From the NCBI GenBank assembly GCA_963796275.1, contig CAWCKY010000001.1:320001-384000 (forward strand): a DNA stretch of 64,000 nt, read 5' to 3'. This DNA comes from an uncultured Acidobacteriota bacterium (GTDB lineage: Bacteria; Acidobacteriota; Blastocatellia; RBC074). Position numbers and translations under genes: made by a program. The notes beneath the pieces are model-generated. The model was not told where the DNA came from. It was given only the letters and a program-made list of their open reading frames with translations, and made no database searches. Positions within the stretch are counted from its first letter, which is position 1. Every line of letters starts with the position of its first letter. Below, one piece after another: positions 31,585 to 41,233 of the stretch.

Positions 31585-33354
31585 ATGAAGAAAGCAGTAA
31601 ATCTTTTGATCGTGAGCTGCATGCTGGGCGCACTTTCGATCGCTCCCGCCTCAACTATCGGATTATCTCCCGGTCTGGTCGAGGCATCACCATCGCTGGC
31701 GCTCGTTACTGGCACAGTGAAGGATGAACACGGTTCGCCGCTGTTGGGAGCGGTTGTGGCCTTGCTCCAACCGCAGCCTCGTGGCAAAGAGCTGATGAGC
31801 GTCAAGACAGACGCTCACGGAAAATTCTCGGCCAATATCGCGCCGGGCATCTATCGCCTGCGCGCTACTGCCGAAGGGTTCGTTGCCAGACTGCTTCCGC
31901 GCATCAATATCGACCGACCGGTAAGAGTCATCTATGACTTTCAACTCAAACGCACCAATACCCTGGTGCAAAAGCGGGGCGACAGTGACGATTACCGGTG
32001 GATCGCCCGCAGCGCTCCGCGTCAGGTCCTGAATTTACGAGAAGAGAGCGAAGAAACGGAAGAAATGATTGCCGCCGCTGAGAGCGATGAGCCCGCGGTT
32101 CAGAGCGATCAAAGCCCGCGCCCGCCATTTCATGGGATGACACAACTTGTCGCGGTCGGATCGGCCTATCGCGGCGGCGATCCGGGTTCCAACTTTTTCG
32201 GCACCAATTTCGCATTTTCCGGGCCCATCACTGAAAGTCTGGAGATGGCTCTGATCGGCCAGAAGGGCATGGGGCAATCCGCGCCCAACCGGCTTTCCGC
32301 CATCGCGTCAATGAGGACGAGCGACAGGCACCAGTTAACCGCATCGATCGGCTATGGCCAGATGACAAACGAACTGGCGAATACGATCGTCGACAATTCG
32401 CTCGAGCAGTTTTCGGTCTCGGCCATCGGATCCTGGCAGGTCTTCCGTCCGCTTATATTGATCTATGGCTTTGATTATTCGAGTTTCATCGGTTCGGCAA
32501 CCAGCCAGAGCGAGAGCGTGCTACCGCGTTTTGCCGTGCAATATGCACCATCATCGCGCATGCATTTCAATGCGGGAGTCACTCCTGGATCAGGCCAGTA
32601 TCCGTCATCACCCGATAGCTACAATACCGAAAACATCCAGGCCTCGTTTGAGGATGCGTCCCCGGAGATCGCTTACAATGAAGCACCCATTGCCGATCGC
32701 AGCCAGCGATTTGAAGCGGGCATAGAACGAATATTCGGCGACGGAGATACGGCGCTAGAGGCCTCGGCATTTTACGATTTGATCTCAGGCCACGGCGTCG
32801 GCATCCTCGCCCTGCCTCTCGAAGCATCGCCGGAAACTCAGATCACCTTGCAACAGGTGGCACATCGCGTCACAGCTATGAATGGAGCCGCGCGCGGCAT
32901 ACGCATCATCTTGAGGCGAAATCTGGATGAGCGGGTGACAGCTTCGGTCGGCTACAGTTATGGGCGCGGCACGCACTTCAACAGTTTGATGACAGACCCA
33001 ACGACGCCCGCGGACATTTTCAAGGGAGGATTCTTCCAGGTCGCTACGGCCAAACTGGATATAGATCTTAAACAGGAGACCGGCACCAACATTTCGACAG
33101 TGCTCAGGCTTTCGCCATCTGCCGTAGTCTTCGCCATCGATCCATTTGCCGGACGGATGAGCGTTTATGATCCGAACATCAACGTCTATGTAACCCAGGA
33201 ACTCCCTAGCTTCGGCCTTCCGGTTCGTTGGCAGGCGCTGGTCGATCTCCGCAATCTGCTCGACCGCGCTACCGGCGTTGAAGAGGGGAACGTGAATATC
33301 GTTGCATCTCGCGCCCGGCGTACGGTTCGTGGCGGACTGGCGTTCAGGTGGTGA
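31585..33354 (+). CDS. Exported carboxypeptidase-regulatory-like domain + probable outer-membrane beta-barrel protein
   Basis: Signal peptide, [18 protein letters not shown] domain, alternating beta-strand pattern, C-terminal aromatic (LAFRW). Confidence 0.7.
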   Translation: MKKAVNLLIVSCMLGALSIAPASTIGLSPGLVEASPSLALVTGTVKDEHGSPLLGAVVALLQPQPRGKELMSVKTDAHGKFSANIAPGIYRLRATAEGFVARLLPRINIDRPVRVIYDFQLKRTNTLVQKRGDSDDYRWIARSAPRQVLNLREESEETEEMIAAAESDEPAVQSDQSPRPPFHGMTQLVAVGSAYRGGDPGSNFFGTNFAFSGPITESLEMALIGQKGMGQSAPNRLSAIASMRTSDRHQLTASIGYGQMTNELANTIVDNSLEQFSVSAIGSWQVFRPLILIYGFDYSSFIGSATSQSESVLPRFAVQYAPSSRMHFNAGVTPGSGQYPSSPDSYNTENIQASFEDASPEIAYNEAPIADRSQRFEAGIERIFGDGDTALEASAFYDLISGHGVGILALPLEASPETQITLQQVAHRVTAMNGAARGIRIILRRNLDERVTASVGYSYGRGTHFNSLMTDPTTPADIFKGGFFQVATAKLDIDLKQETGTNISTVLRLSPSAVVFAIDPFAGRMSVYDPNINVYVTQELPSFGLPVRWQALVDLRNLLDRATGVEEGNVNIVASRARRTVRGGLAFRW

Positions 33355-33640
33355 GCTGGCAGTGACGGTTATAAATTGGTTAGACTTGATATCCAAAATT
33401 CGGAATCGAAAATTCAAATTTCTGAACACATCCTCCCAAACATTCTGATGTACTAGTCTGGTAAGTTCCCCCAGACATCGGAAATCATTGAAACTGATAG
33501 CGTTAATATATATCCGGTGAGTGAATAGACTTGTTCTATTCGGTTGGAATAACAGTTGCACTCATCTTCAAGAGAATACCGAGTCTTTTGGGCAGTTTCT
33601 TATCCGGGCCTGAACACATACGGGAGAATAAAATTCGATC

Positions 33641-36616
33641 GTGAACCCACGAGCAGGCACAACTAAGGTCACAACGCGTACGATGCTGATGCTATTCGTC
33701 GCGTTCCTCGCGCTGGGGGCCGGCGCGTTCAATTTTCGTGACCGAATGATTCAAAAGACTGTTTACACCGATGGTGTTACATGGCGGGAAGATGCGGATT
33801 TTGGCGTGGTGGCCGATAAGGTCGAACCCGGAAGTCCCGCATCCCGGGCGGACGTCAGACGGGGAGATACGCTGATCGCAATCAGTCCCACCGGTTCGGA
33901 GAATGATTTTGAAGTAATTTCCCAGGCACAGGAAGTTCAGATATACCTGGATCCGGTGCGAGAACAGGTTCAACGGGGCGATACGCCGACGCTCAGCTAC
34001 CTGATAGAGCGCCGGAATGATGCAGGTGATACGGTGATCAGCCAGGGGATAGCCGATCTGGATGGGCTGCATGCGCGCGAGCCTCACCTTATGCGTGAGC
34101 TCTATCTGGCGATAATCGGGCTCATCTATCTCGGTCTGGGCATCTACTTCTTGTTGAGGCAAGATCGCGCTCCCTATATCAGGCATTTCTTCATCATCTG
34201 CCTGTTGGCATTCATCTGCCACTTCTACTCTCCGACCGAGGAGATGCGCACCCAATTCGACAAGGGAGTAGACTTCACCGACTTCGTTGCTCTGATCCTG
34301 CTTGCGCCGTTATTCATCCATTTCGCTGCGATCTATCCGGCGCGTTATCACCTCTTCACGCGCCGCCGCTGGTTGGCCGCCCTGCTCTACATGCCGGCGA
34401 TACTGCTGATCGGCGCCGAGATCTGGCTGCGCATCGCGCGGCTGCGTGAATTGGTTCCCATCTCTGCGGTCAATCTGAGAAACCTGCTCACGCAAGTCGA
34501 GTACATCGCCTTCGCAACCTCGATCATCGTCAGCGCAATACTGCTTCTTAGCACATTCATCCGGACGCGGTCGACAGTAGTGCGGCAGCAGTTGAAGTGG
34601 GTAATCTGGGGGATGGGAGTTGCCGGAGTCGCATTCGGCATCTTCTATGTGCCCTCGCTCTTCACCGTCTCCTCGTTGGTCGCCAGGCAAATGCTCGCCC
34701 CGGAGATACTGGTGTTGATAGCGATTGCGCCCCTGGTGCTGATCCCGCTGACCCTGGGATACTCGATTGTGCGCTACCGGCTGACGGATGTGGACGTAGT
34801 GATGAGACGATCATTCACATACATCTTTGCCACATTGTCGGTAGCGACTACCTTCGGCTCGGTGATGGCCGTCAGTTACGAGTTCCTCGGATCCATGCTT
34901 TCACAGGAAGCGACGATGCTGATCGCCGCGACCATCATGACGTTCATCGCTATGCTCTTCGCGCCGGTAAAGAACTGGATCCAGGAGCGGATCGACCGGA
35001 TATTCTATGGCGAAAAATATGATATTCGCGTAACGATGCAGGATTTCGGCCGAACACTATCATCGGCGACCGAACTGGAACCGCTGCTCGAGAGCCTCAT
35101 CAGACGATTGAAGGCGGTCTTCTCGGTGGAACAGCTCGCGATATTTATCGAAGACCGGAATGACCCTTCGGGGTTCAGGCTTGCGCGCGCCGAAGGGATT
35201 GCCCACGAGATCGCGCTTCCAGCTGATTTCCGGCAATTACTGCGCGAAAAGAGCAGCACTACAGGGATCGTCCGCGTAGCCAATCTCGATTCACCCGACG
35301 ATGAAAGTTTGTTTTTCCAATCAACGCCGGACCATATCTTCAGCTATTACGTGCCTTGCGCGGTTCGTTCGCGCATCGCGGCGGTGATAGCGCTCGGACG
35401 AACGGTTGATGGCACTCTGCTTTCTTCGGAAGACACGGACCAGCTGCGAGCGATCTCCGGTTATGTCGCGGTCGCCATCGAAAATGCGCTCTTGCTCGAA
35501 GATCAAGCTCAGCGCGCGGAAGAGATGGCGCGGCTGAAAGAGTTTAACGAAAACATAATCGAATCGATCAACGTCGGCGTCCTGGTGATCAACCTGCAGG
35601 GCCGTATCACGAACTGGAACAGCGCGCTCGAAGCAATTTATGGGCTTAAACGGGTAGAAGCGATAGGCCGGCGTATCACACAGGTCTTCCAACCCGAAAT
35701 GTTGAAGGCCTTACGCGCCTTGATGCAGCGGGCGGAATGGCAGAAGGGTGAGCCGGTAAACGTTTACAAATTCCGCGTGTCATCGGTCGATGGCCGCGAT
35801 CTGACGCTGAACGTATCTCTCGCCGCCTTGCAGAGCAAGACGGAAGAGGTTGAAGGAACGCTGGTCGCCATCGAAGACGTGACCGAGCGGATGAAACTCG
35901 AGGAACAGGTTCAACAATCCGACAAGCTTTCCTCGATCGGTCTTCTGGCAGCCGGAGTGGCGCACGAAGTCAACACTCCGCTGACCGGAATTTCATCCTA
36001 TTCGCAGATGCTGATGCAGCAGGTTCCCGAAACTGATCCGCGCCATCAATTGCTCGAAAAAATCTATCGCCAGACTTCGCGAGCTTCATCGATAGTCAAT
36101 AACCTGCTCAACTTTTCGCGCGTTAGCGACGCGCGGTTCGTAATGATCGATCTGAACCGCGTGCTCGACGATACGATACAGCTTCTCGAATCACAGCTCC
36201 GCAATACTCAGATCGAGGTAGTGCGCAGCTATGACGCTGAACTGCCCCTCGCCCCGGGCAATGCGCCCAAGCTGCAACAGGTCTTTATGAACCTGATCCT
36301 CAATGCGCGCGATGCTATGCCGGAGGGAGGCCGTCTTGAAATATCGACCGAGGCGAATGCGGATTCAGTCTTAATCAGGTTCCGCGACTCGGGTATGGGC
36401 ATCGATCCGGAGCACCTCTCGAAAATTTACGACCCATTCTTCACGACCAAGCAGATCGGTAAAGGCACGGGGCTCGGACTCGCGGTGAGCTACGGAATCA
36501 TCAAAGATCACAGCGGCCATATTGACGTTGAGAGTAAGCTGGGTGAAGGGGCGCTCTTTATTATCACGCTTCCACAGGCTACGGCGAGACAACAACTAGC
36601 TACCGCGAGCGATTAA
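33641..36616 (+). CDS. Membrane sensor histidine kinase (PDZ-like, multi-TM, GAF, PAS, HisKA/HATPase; NtrB-like core)
   Basis: H-box [14 protein letters not shown]-box [20 protein letters not shown] and [17 protein letters not shown]. Confidence 0.93.
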   Translation: MNPRAGTTKVTTRTMLMLFVAFLALGAGAFNFRDRMIQKTVYTDGVTWREDADFGVVADKVEPGSPASRADVRRGDTLIAISPTGSENDFEVISQAQEVQIYLDPVREQVQRGDTPTLSYLIERRNDAGDTVISQGIADLDGLHAREPHLMRELYLAIIGLIYLGLGIYFLLRQDRAPYIRHFFIICLLAFICHFYSPTEEMRTQFDKGVDFTDFVALILLAPLFIHFAAIYPARYHLFTRRRWLAALLYMPAILLIGAEIWLRIARLRELVPISAVNLRNLLTQVEYIAFATSIIVSAILLLSTFIRTRSTVVRQQLKWVIWGMGVAGVAFGIFYVPSLFTVSSLVARQMLAPEILVLIAIAPLVLIPLTLGYSIVRYRLTDVDVVMRRSFTYIFATLSVATTFGSVMAVSYEFLGSMLSQEATMLIAATIMTFIAMLFAPVKNWIQERIDRIFYGEKYDIRVTMQDFGRTLSSATELEPLLESLIRRLKAVFSVEQLAIFIEDRNDPSGFRLARAEGIAHEIALPADFRQLLREKSSTTGIVRVANLDSPDDESLFFQSTPDHIFSYYVPCAVRSRIAAVIALGRTVDGTLLSSEDTDQLRAISGYVAVAIENALLLEDQAQRAEEMARLKEFNENIIESINVGVLVINLQGRITNWNSALEAIYGLKRVEAIGRRITQVFQPEMLKALRALMQRAEWQKGEPVNVYKFRVSSVDGRDLTLNVSLAALQSKTEEVEGTLVAIEDVTERMKLEEQVQQSDKLSSIGLLAAGVAHEVNTPLTGISSYSQMLMQQVPETDPRHQLLEKIYRQTSRASSIVNNLLNFSRVSDARFVMIDLNRVLDDTIQLLESQLRNTQIEVVRSYDAELPLAPGNAPKLQQVFMNLILNARDAMPEGGRLEISTEANADSVLIRFRDSGMGIDPEHLSKIYDPFFTTKQIGKGTGLGLAVSYGIIKDHSGHIDVESKLGEGALFIITLPQATARQQLATASD

Positions 36617-36617
36617 T

Positions 36618-37157
36618 TCATTTGGTATTTCCACCAGGCAATCCCATCAAAAACTCTTTAATTCCTTTTAGCTGCTTCTCACTAACCCGGCCGTCAAGTT
36701 TTCCGATCTGAACCTCTAGATATGGCGCCTTTGCAAGTTTTTCAAGGTCGGCGATTCTGATCTCGTAGATCAGCGTCTCCTCAAGGAACTTCTTTCCTAT
36801 CACACTGGTATATGCTGGATTTGGTGAGAGATTGAACCGCCCGCTTTCGATTAATAAAACTCCCTGGCGATTTTCCTCTTCCAGAAACCTCCAACGATGT
36901 GATTGGGCTCGAATTATCAAATTGGCTGTCTCCGGCCGTTGGCCCGCACGCCCACCCAGAGCGGAGCATTCGACTTTTAATTCTAAAACTTTCGTGACGT
37001 AATCACGTTTCAACTTGATCTCTATCGGGGTTGTTGTGGCTATCGTCTGGTTATTTAGTTTATTAGAGCTTAATGGTGAACCATTACCATCCAAGAAAGA
37101 GGTAATATAAAGCATCAAGATCATCAATCTCATGAGTCTGATCCTTTCTACAGGCAA
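36618..37157 (-). CDS. Hypothetical exported protein
   Basis: 179-aa ORF in a lower-GC stretch with a hydrophobic N-terminus; no recognised motif. Confidence 0.55.
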   Translation of the reverse strand: MPVERIRLMRLMILMLYITSFLDGNGSPLSSNKLNNQTIATTTPIEIKLKRDYVTKVLELKVECSALGGRAGQRPETANLIIRAQSHRWRFLEEENRQGVLLIESGRFNLSPNPAYTSVIGKKFLEETLIYEIRIADLEKLAKAPYLEVQIGKLDGRVSEKQLKGIKEFLMGLPGGNTK

Positions 37158-37955
37158 TTAGTAAAAAGCATCCAAAGCCACATGGGGGTTATCATCAAAT
37201 TGTGAGGTTTGGAATCAACCAAGAAACGCACCGACAAAATTATATATAAGCAAGCAATTAGATATATCAAGCAATCAATTAGGAGGGTGCGTTCGGTTTA
37301 ATCGATTTGTTCAGACGTGAAAAATAGTACTCTCATTTGCATCATCAAGCAAGGAACCGAAAGGCGGTGCAACTGATGGCATGAGGCCGAAATCAATGAT
37401 TAAAGATAGTATTTTACGTTAGAATAGTAATGACGGCAGATTCTCATGGCTCCTGACTACAACTGCTGATTCGAAATTAAATTCTGGCGGGAGAGGGCTG
37501 AGGGAGATTACTTTGGAAGATGCTCTCGTAATCAGACGCTATGGAGTATGTATTGAAATCCCTACCGCCAGAATCTAAACCCCTGTTTTACAACAAGCCA
37601 AGGAAGCTACCAGTAAGCATCAGAACAGCCGCCTCGGGCAGGTGATTGGGAGCTTGACAAACCGGAGGCATCCAGCCACCCCTAGCTCATCTACATCCGG
37701 ATAGTCAATCTTCATCGCCCGCCCTCGGCTAACTGTTTGGCTGACTGACGCAACCTATTCGATTTTTGACCGTCCGTTAAAGACGATAGCCAAAATCGAA
37801 AGTCATTAGCATGATTGCTTCTCGGTTATATAAGACGTGGAAAAATGCTTCTGGTACCACTCCCCTGAAAATATTTTTACAGCTCGATACCTAGGGGTTT
37901 TGAAAAATGGCCTGCTGTTCTAAATTTTGATGAGAGGCAGGTGAAGCTTTTGTGA

Positions 37956-38786
37956 TTATTGGCTTTTATGCCGGCGAGTGGTGACTGGATGCAGCATATG
38001 CTGAACTGCTGGCAGAGGGCTCTGCTGAAACTCATTTGGGGTGCCGAAAAAAGCGATCTTCCCTTCTTCCAGCAACAATACTTTCATATCCTGCAAATTT
38101 TGATGTCCGTCTACGCTGACCATTATTGCTTTACCGTCAGCATCCTGCTGTGCCTGACGTGAAGCGAGATAGGGGATTTCGTGCATCCCTTTGGTCACAT
38201 AAATAGAGGAGATTCCATGCAGATCGCGCGCGCGAATTATCAGGTCGAGGACCTGCCGCGCATTTATCGGATCGAGACCTGAGGTGGGTTCATCGAAGAG
38301 CATGATCGGCGGCCATCCAATCAGAGCACGCGCGAATTCCAGGCGCCGTTTCATCCCTCCTGAAAGCGCTTCCGCCTGCTTATCGAGTTCATTTTGCAAT
38401 CCGACGAAGGTGAGGACCTCCACTACCGCGCGCTCCGTCTCATCCTCCGGCCATTTACGATCTGTCAGACGATAAGCTGCATTTTCGTATACCGATTGTC
38501 CAGTGAAGAGCGCATTCTCCTGAAAAACCATTCCCATCGTTTCGCGCCGCATAGAAAGGAGCTGGGTTTCATCAAGATCGTTGATCTTCAGGCCATTGAT
38601 CCTTATCTCACCTTCATCCGGCTGCAGAAAACCAATCGCGAGACGTAGAACCGTCGATTTTCCCGATTGCGAATCGCCGGTGATACATATGATGCCCCCC
38701 TGATAAAGGGCGAAACTTACATCCTGCAGCACAGGGCGATTGTCGAAACTTATTGAAACGTTACGAAACTCGATAGCAGGTGTCAT
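37956..38786 (-). CDS. ABC transporter ATP-binding protein (MlaF/Mkl-like)
   Basis: GDSQSGKST, MVFQENALF, LSGGMKRR and FDEPTSGLDP. Start is likely 38786 or 38810 rather than 38870. Confidence 0.88.
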   Translation of the reverse strand: MTPAIEFRNVSISFDNRPVLQDVSFALYQGGIICITGDSQSGKSTVLRLAIGFLQPDEGEIRINGLKINDLDETQLLSMRRETMGMVFQENALFTGQSVYENAAYRLTDRKWPEDETERAVVEVLTFVGLQNELDKQAEALSGGMKRRLEFARALIGWPPIMLFDEPTSGLDPINARQVLDLIIRARDLHGISSIYVTKGMHEIPYLASRQAQQDADGKAIMVSVDGHQNLQDMKVLLLEEGKIAFFGTPNEFQQSPLPAVQHMLHPVTTRRHKSQ

Positions 38787-39095
38787 CTCATTGTCATAAG
38801 CTGAAGTCATTTGATCCTGCGCTAAATCCTGCCGCCTGAAACAGAGAAGCCTCGATAAGCGCAAACTCATCGAGGCTTCTTCGGTTAGCTGTTGGAATTG
38901 GCTTTCAGGGCAAACCCTGCGCGAATTACTTCAGCTTGCAGGGCTGACCTTCAGCGCTCAGCCACCTCACTGTGTTCTAATATCATATTCTCTAGACCAC
39001 CTCCTTTCTCAGTGTTACGTTGCATCGTACAATTCAATACTGGATGCGTCAAGTAAGCACGCAGAATTTCATAGGAGAAGGATTAGAAAGGAATA

Positions 39096-39365
39096 TTACT
39101 TTGCGCTTAATTCGTTGATATGCAAGGTTAGACGCGATTTATGACGAGCGGCCGCATTCTGATGCAGAACGCCATCTTGGACTGCCTTGTCGAGCAGAGA
39201 AATGGTCTTGGGCAGCAATGCATTCGCTTTCTGAGCATCACCCGCATCGATCATGGTACGCAATCTTTTGATCTGAGTACGGAGACGGGTGCGATTAGCG
39301 GTATTGATAGCATTACGACGTGTGTTCTGGCGATCTCTCTTCTCGGCGGACTTATGTTTTGGCAT
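39096..39365 (-). CDS. rpsT: 30S ribosomal protein S20
   Basis: MPKHKSAEKRDRQ...LDKAVQDGVLHQNAAARHKSRL. Confidence 0.96.
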   Translation of the reverse strand: MPKHKSAEKRDRQNTRRNAINTANRTRLRTQIKRLRTMIDAGDAQKANALLPKTISLLDKAVQDGVLHQNAAARHKSRLTLHINELSAK

Positions 39366-39501
39366 AAAATGTAAATTCTCCTGAACTTCTACCAGATAAG
39401 AACCCTTTGCATTCGCAAAACACAAAGTATATTGATTTAAGCCGGGATGTGTCAAGACTTGAAATGGCTTTGTATCGCTGGCGCGTTTTTCTCTACAGGT
39501 C

Positions 39502-40014
39502 TCAAACCCACTTTCCGGCGTATCGAGTCTGATACGGGGCGACCTCTGAATTCAGGTATTCCCAATGCAACCGGGTTAACTGTTTTATGTGAAGAAGGTC
39601 ATGCGCTACCCAGGATACCAATAAATCTCCTGCGCTGATCACTCCCTTCGGGTGAACAAATCTGTTCCCAAACTGGGGACTCTTAAGCGACGATAGCCAT
39701 TCGATTGAGATGCGACGCTCTTGTAGGAAATTCTCGAGCGACTGTCCCAGCTCTCTTTGATTGTATTCACGGTCTACTGCCCACTTCGGCGGATCTATCG
39801 GCGTCCAACGCTCATCCGGCTTGTGTAGTAAACTATCCAGCCGGGCGCGAAAGTCATCTCTCTCTTCATCATAAAGGTGATTGATCACTTCCAGAATGGA
39901 CCATTTTTCAGGCTGCGGCTTCCACCTCGCTTGCTCTGCCGATACCTTGTGCGCGAGACCATCAATGACATTTATAGTGACTGACAATCGCTCGATGCAA
40001 TAATTCAAGTTCAT
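39502..40014 (-). CDS. DinB-family protein
   Basis: KWSILEVINHLYDEE...WVAHDLLHIKQL His motifs. Confidence 0.88.
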   Translation of the reverse strand: MNLNYCIERLSVTINVIDGLAHKVSAEQARWKPQPEKWSILEVINHLYDEERDDFRARLDSLLHKPDERWTPIDPPKWAVDREYNQRELGQSLENFLQERRISIEWLSSLKSPQFGNRFVHPKGVISAGDLLVSWVAHDLLHIKQLTRLHWEYLNSEVAPYQTRYAGKWV

Positions 40015-40033
40015 AGTCGATCAAAAATCCACT

Positions 40034-40792
40034 TCAAGTTTGTACAGTGAAAAGATCCTCTTCCTTGTGCCATTCGTGCTCAACATCACGCATTATCAGC
40101 GTGTGATCATAGACTACTGAGCCCGGAGGAAAATGCCGTTGATCGGAATAAAAACTCGAATAGACATACTCCAATTCAAGGCCGCTTACATGCCATTCCA
40201 GCGTCTTAAGTTTCAGACCATCCAGGCGCGCTTCTTCTTGGGTTATTGAGTAGCCAACGCTTCCATCCTGAAAGAAGTCAGAGGCATCGGATAAGGACGA
40301 AAAGCAGGATGATGACGGCAACCCGCACTTCTGAGTACCGGCCAACCGCACCGAGACCGATTTATCTTGAGACTCCATCGAAAAGTTTATTCGATTTCCA
40401 TCGTCCTGCACGTCGAATCGCGCCGAGTGATGCTCACCGGGAAAGACGCGCCCACCGGCCAGGTGATTGATCAACGAACCAGTATCGCGCCGCGGAATGT
40501 ATACCCCCTGCCGATATCGCCCGCTGCCATCAGTCCTTTCCACCGCAATTCTATGTGCGGCATTTTCGCTCGATACCCCAATAAAGCCCGGCAAGCCAAC
40601 CGGCCGAATATTCTCGAGTCTTATGAGACAGACACCAACGATCGAGTTATCTCGGTGTAGTTTAGGGCGAAACGGACGAGGGATGACCCTCTGTATAATT
40701 TCAGGATCGGCTTTAAAGTTGACCAGCAGTCTGCGTTTAATCGTGCCTTTGAGGGTCGGTAGTTTCATAGTGTTATATCTGTCGGCAGACAA
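40034..40792 (-). CDS. DUF2071-like protein
   Basis: RRLLVNF...SSENAAHRIAV...GVYIPRRDT...GGRVFPGEH. Confidence 0.7.
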   Translation of the reverse strand: MSADRYNTMKLPTLKGTIKRRLLVNFKADPEIIQRVIPRPFRPKLHRDNSIVGVCLIRLENIRPVGLPGFIGVSSENAAHRIAVERTDGSGRYRQGVYIPRRDTGSLINHLAGGRVFPGEHHSARFDVQDDGNRINFSMESQDKSVSVRLAGTQKCGLPSSSCFSSLSDASDFFQDGSVGYSITQEEARLDGLKLKTLEWHVSGLELEYVYSSFYSDQRHFPPGSVVYDHTLIMRDVEHEWHKEEDLFTVQT

Positions 40793-41233
40793 CCCATTTC
40801 TTTATTTCCGAATTTTTCAACGATCGGATGTAACGGCTTGGTTACAAGCCGAGTATAAACGGATACAGGTTTATCTGCGAGAAAAAATTAGATCGCATTA
40901 AAGAGATGCAACCGCGATTTGATTCGTGAATAAATTTGATGAGGAATGACAAGTTTGAAACGCTCGAGCTAAGATCAGAATCGCATAGACAGGCCAAAGC
41001 GGCTAACGCGACATCGTGATCAGGTATGCGAGATTCCAATCGCTTAAAGACCGCCCTGAAGCAAGACTGAAGTCAGGCCGGCGTTTTTAACTTTGAGGGC
41101 TTGGGATCATGAAACGCAGGCAACTTTAGAGCTGAGGTGCCCTCTTCTTGTCCTATCTGCTTCTGTTCGTCTAATATTCACCTCGCTGGGATTGGTCCAT
41201 TTAATTCGAAGAAGAAATGTCGATAGGTTAACC

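Noticed and set aside
37486-37570. Intact tRNA gene
   Set aside because: The size and acceptor-like stem fit, but I cannot draw a D-arm, anticodon arm or paired T-arm with TTCRA.
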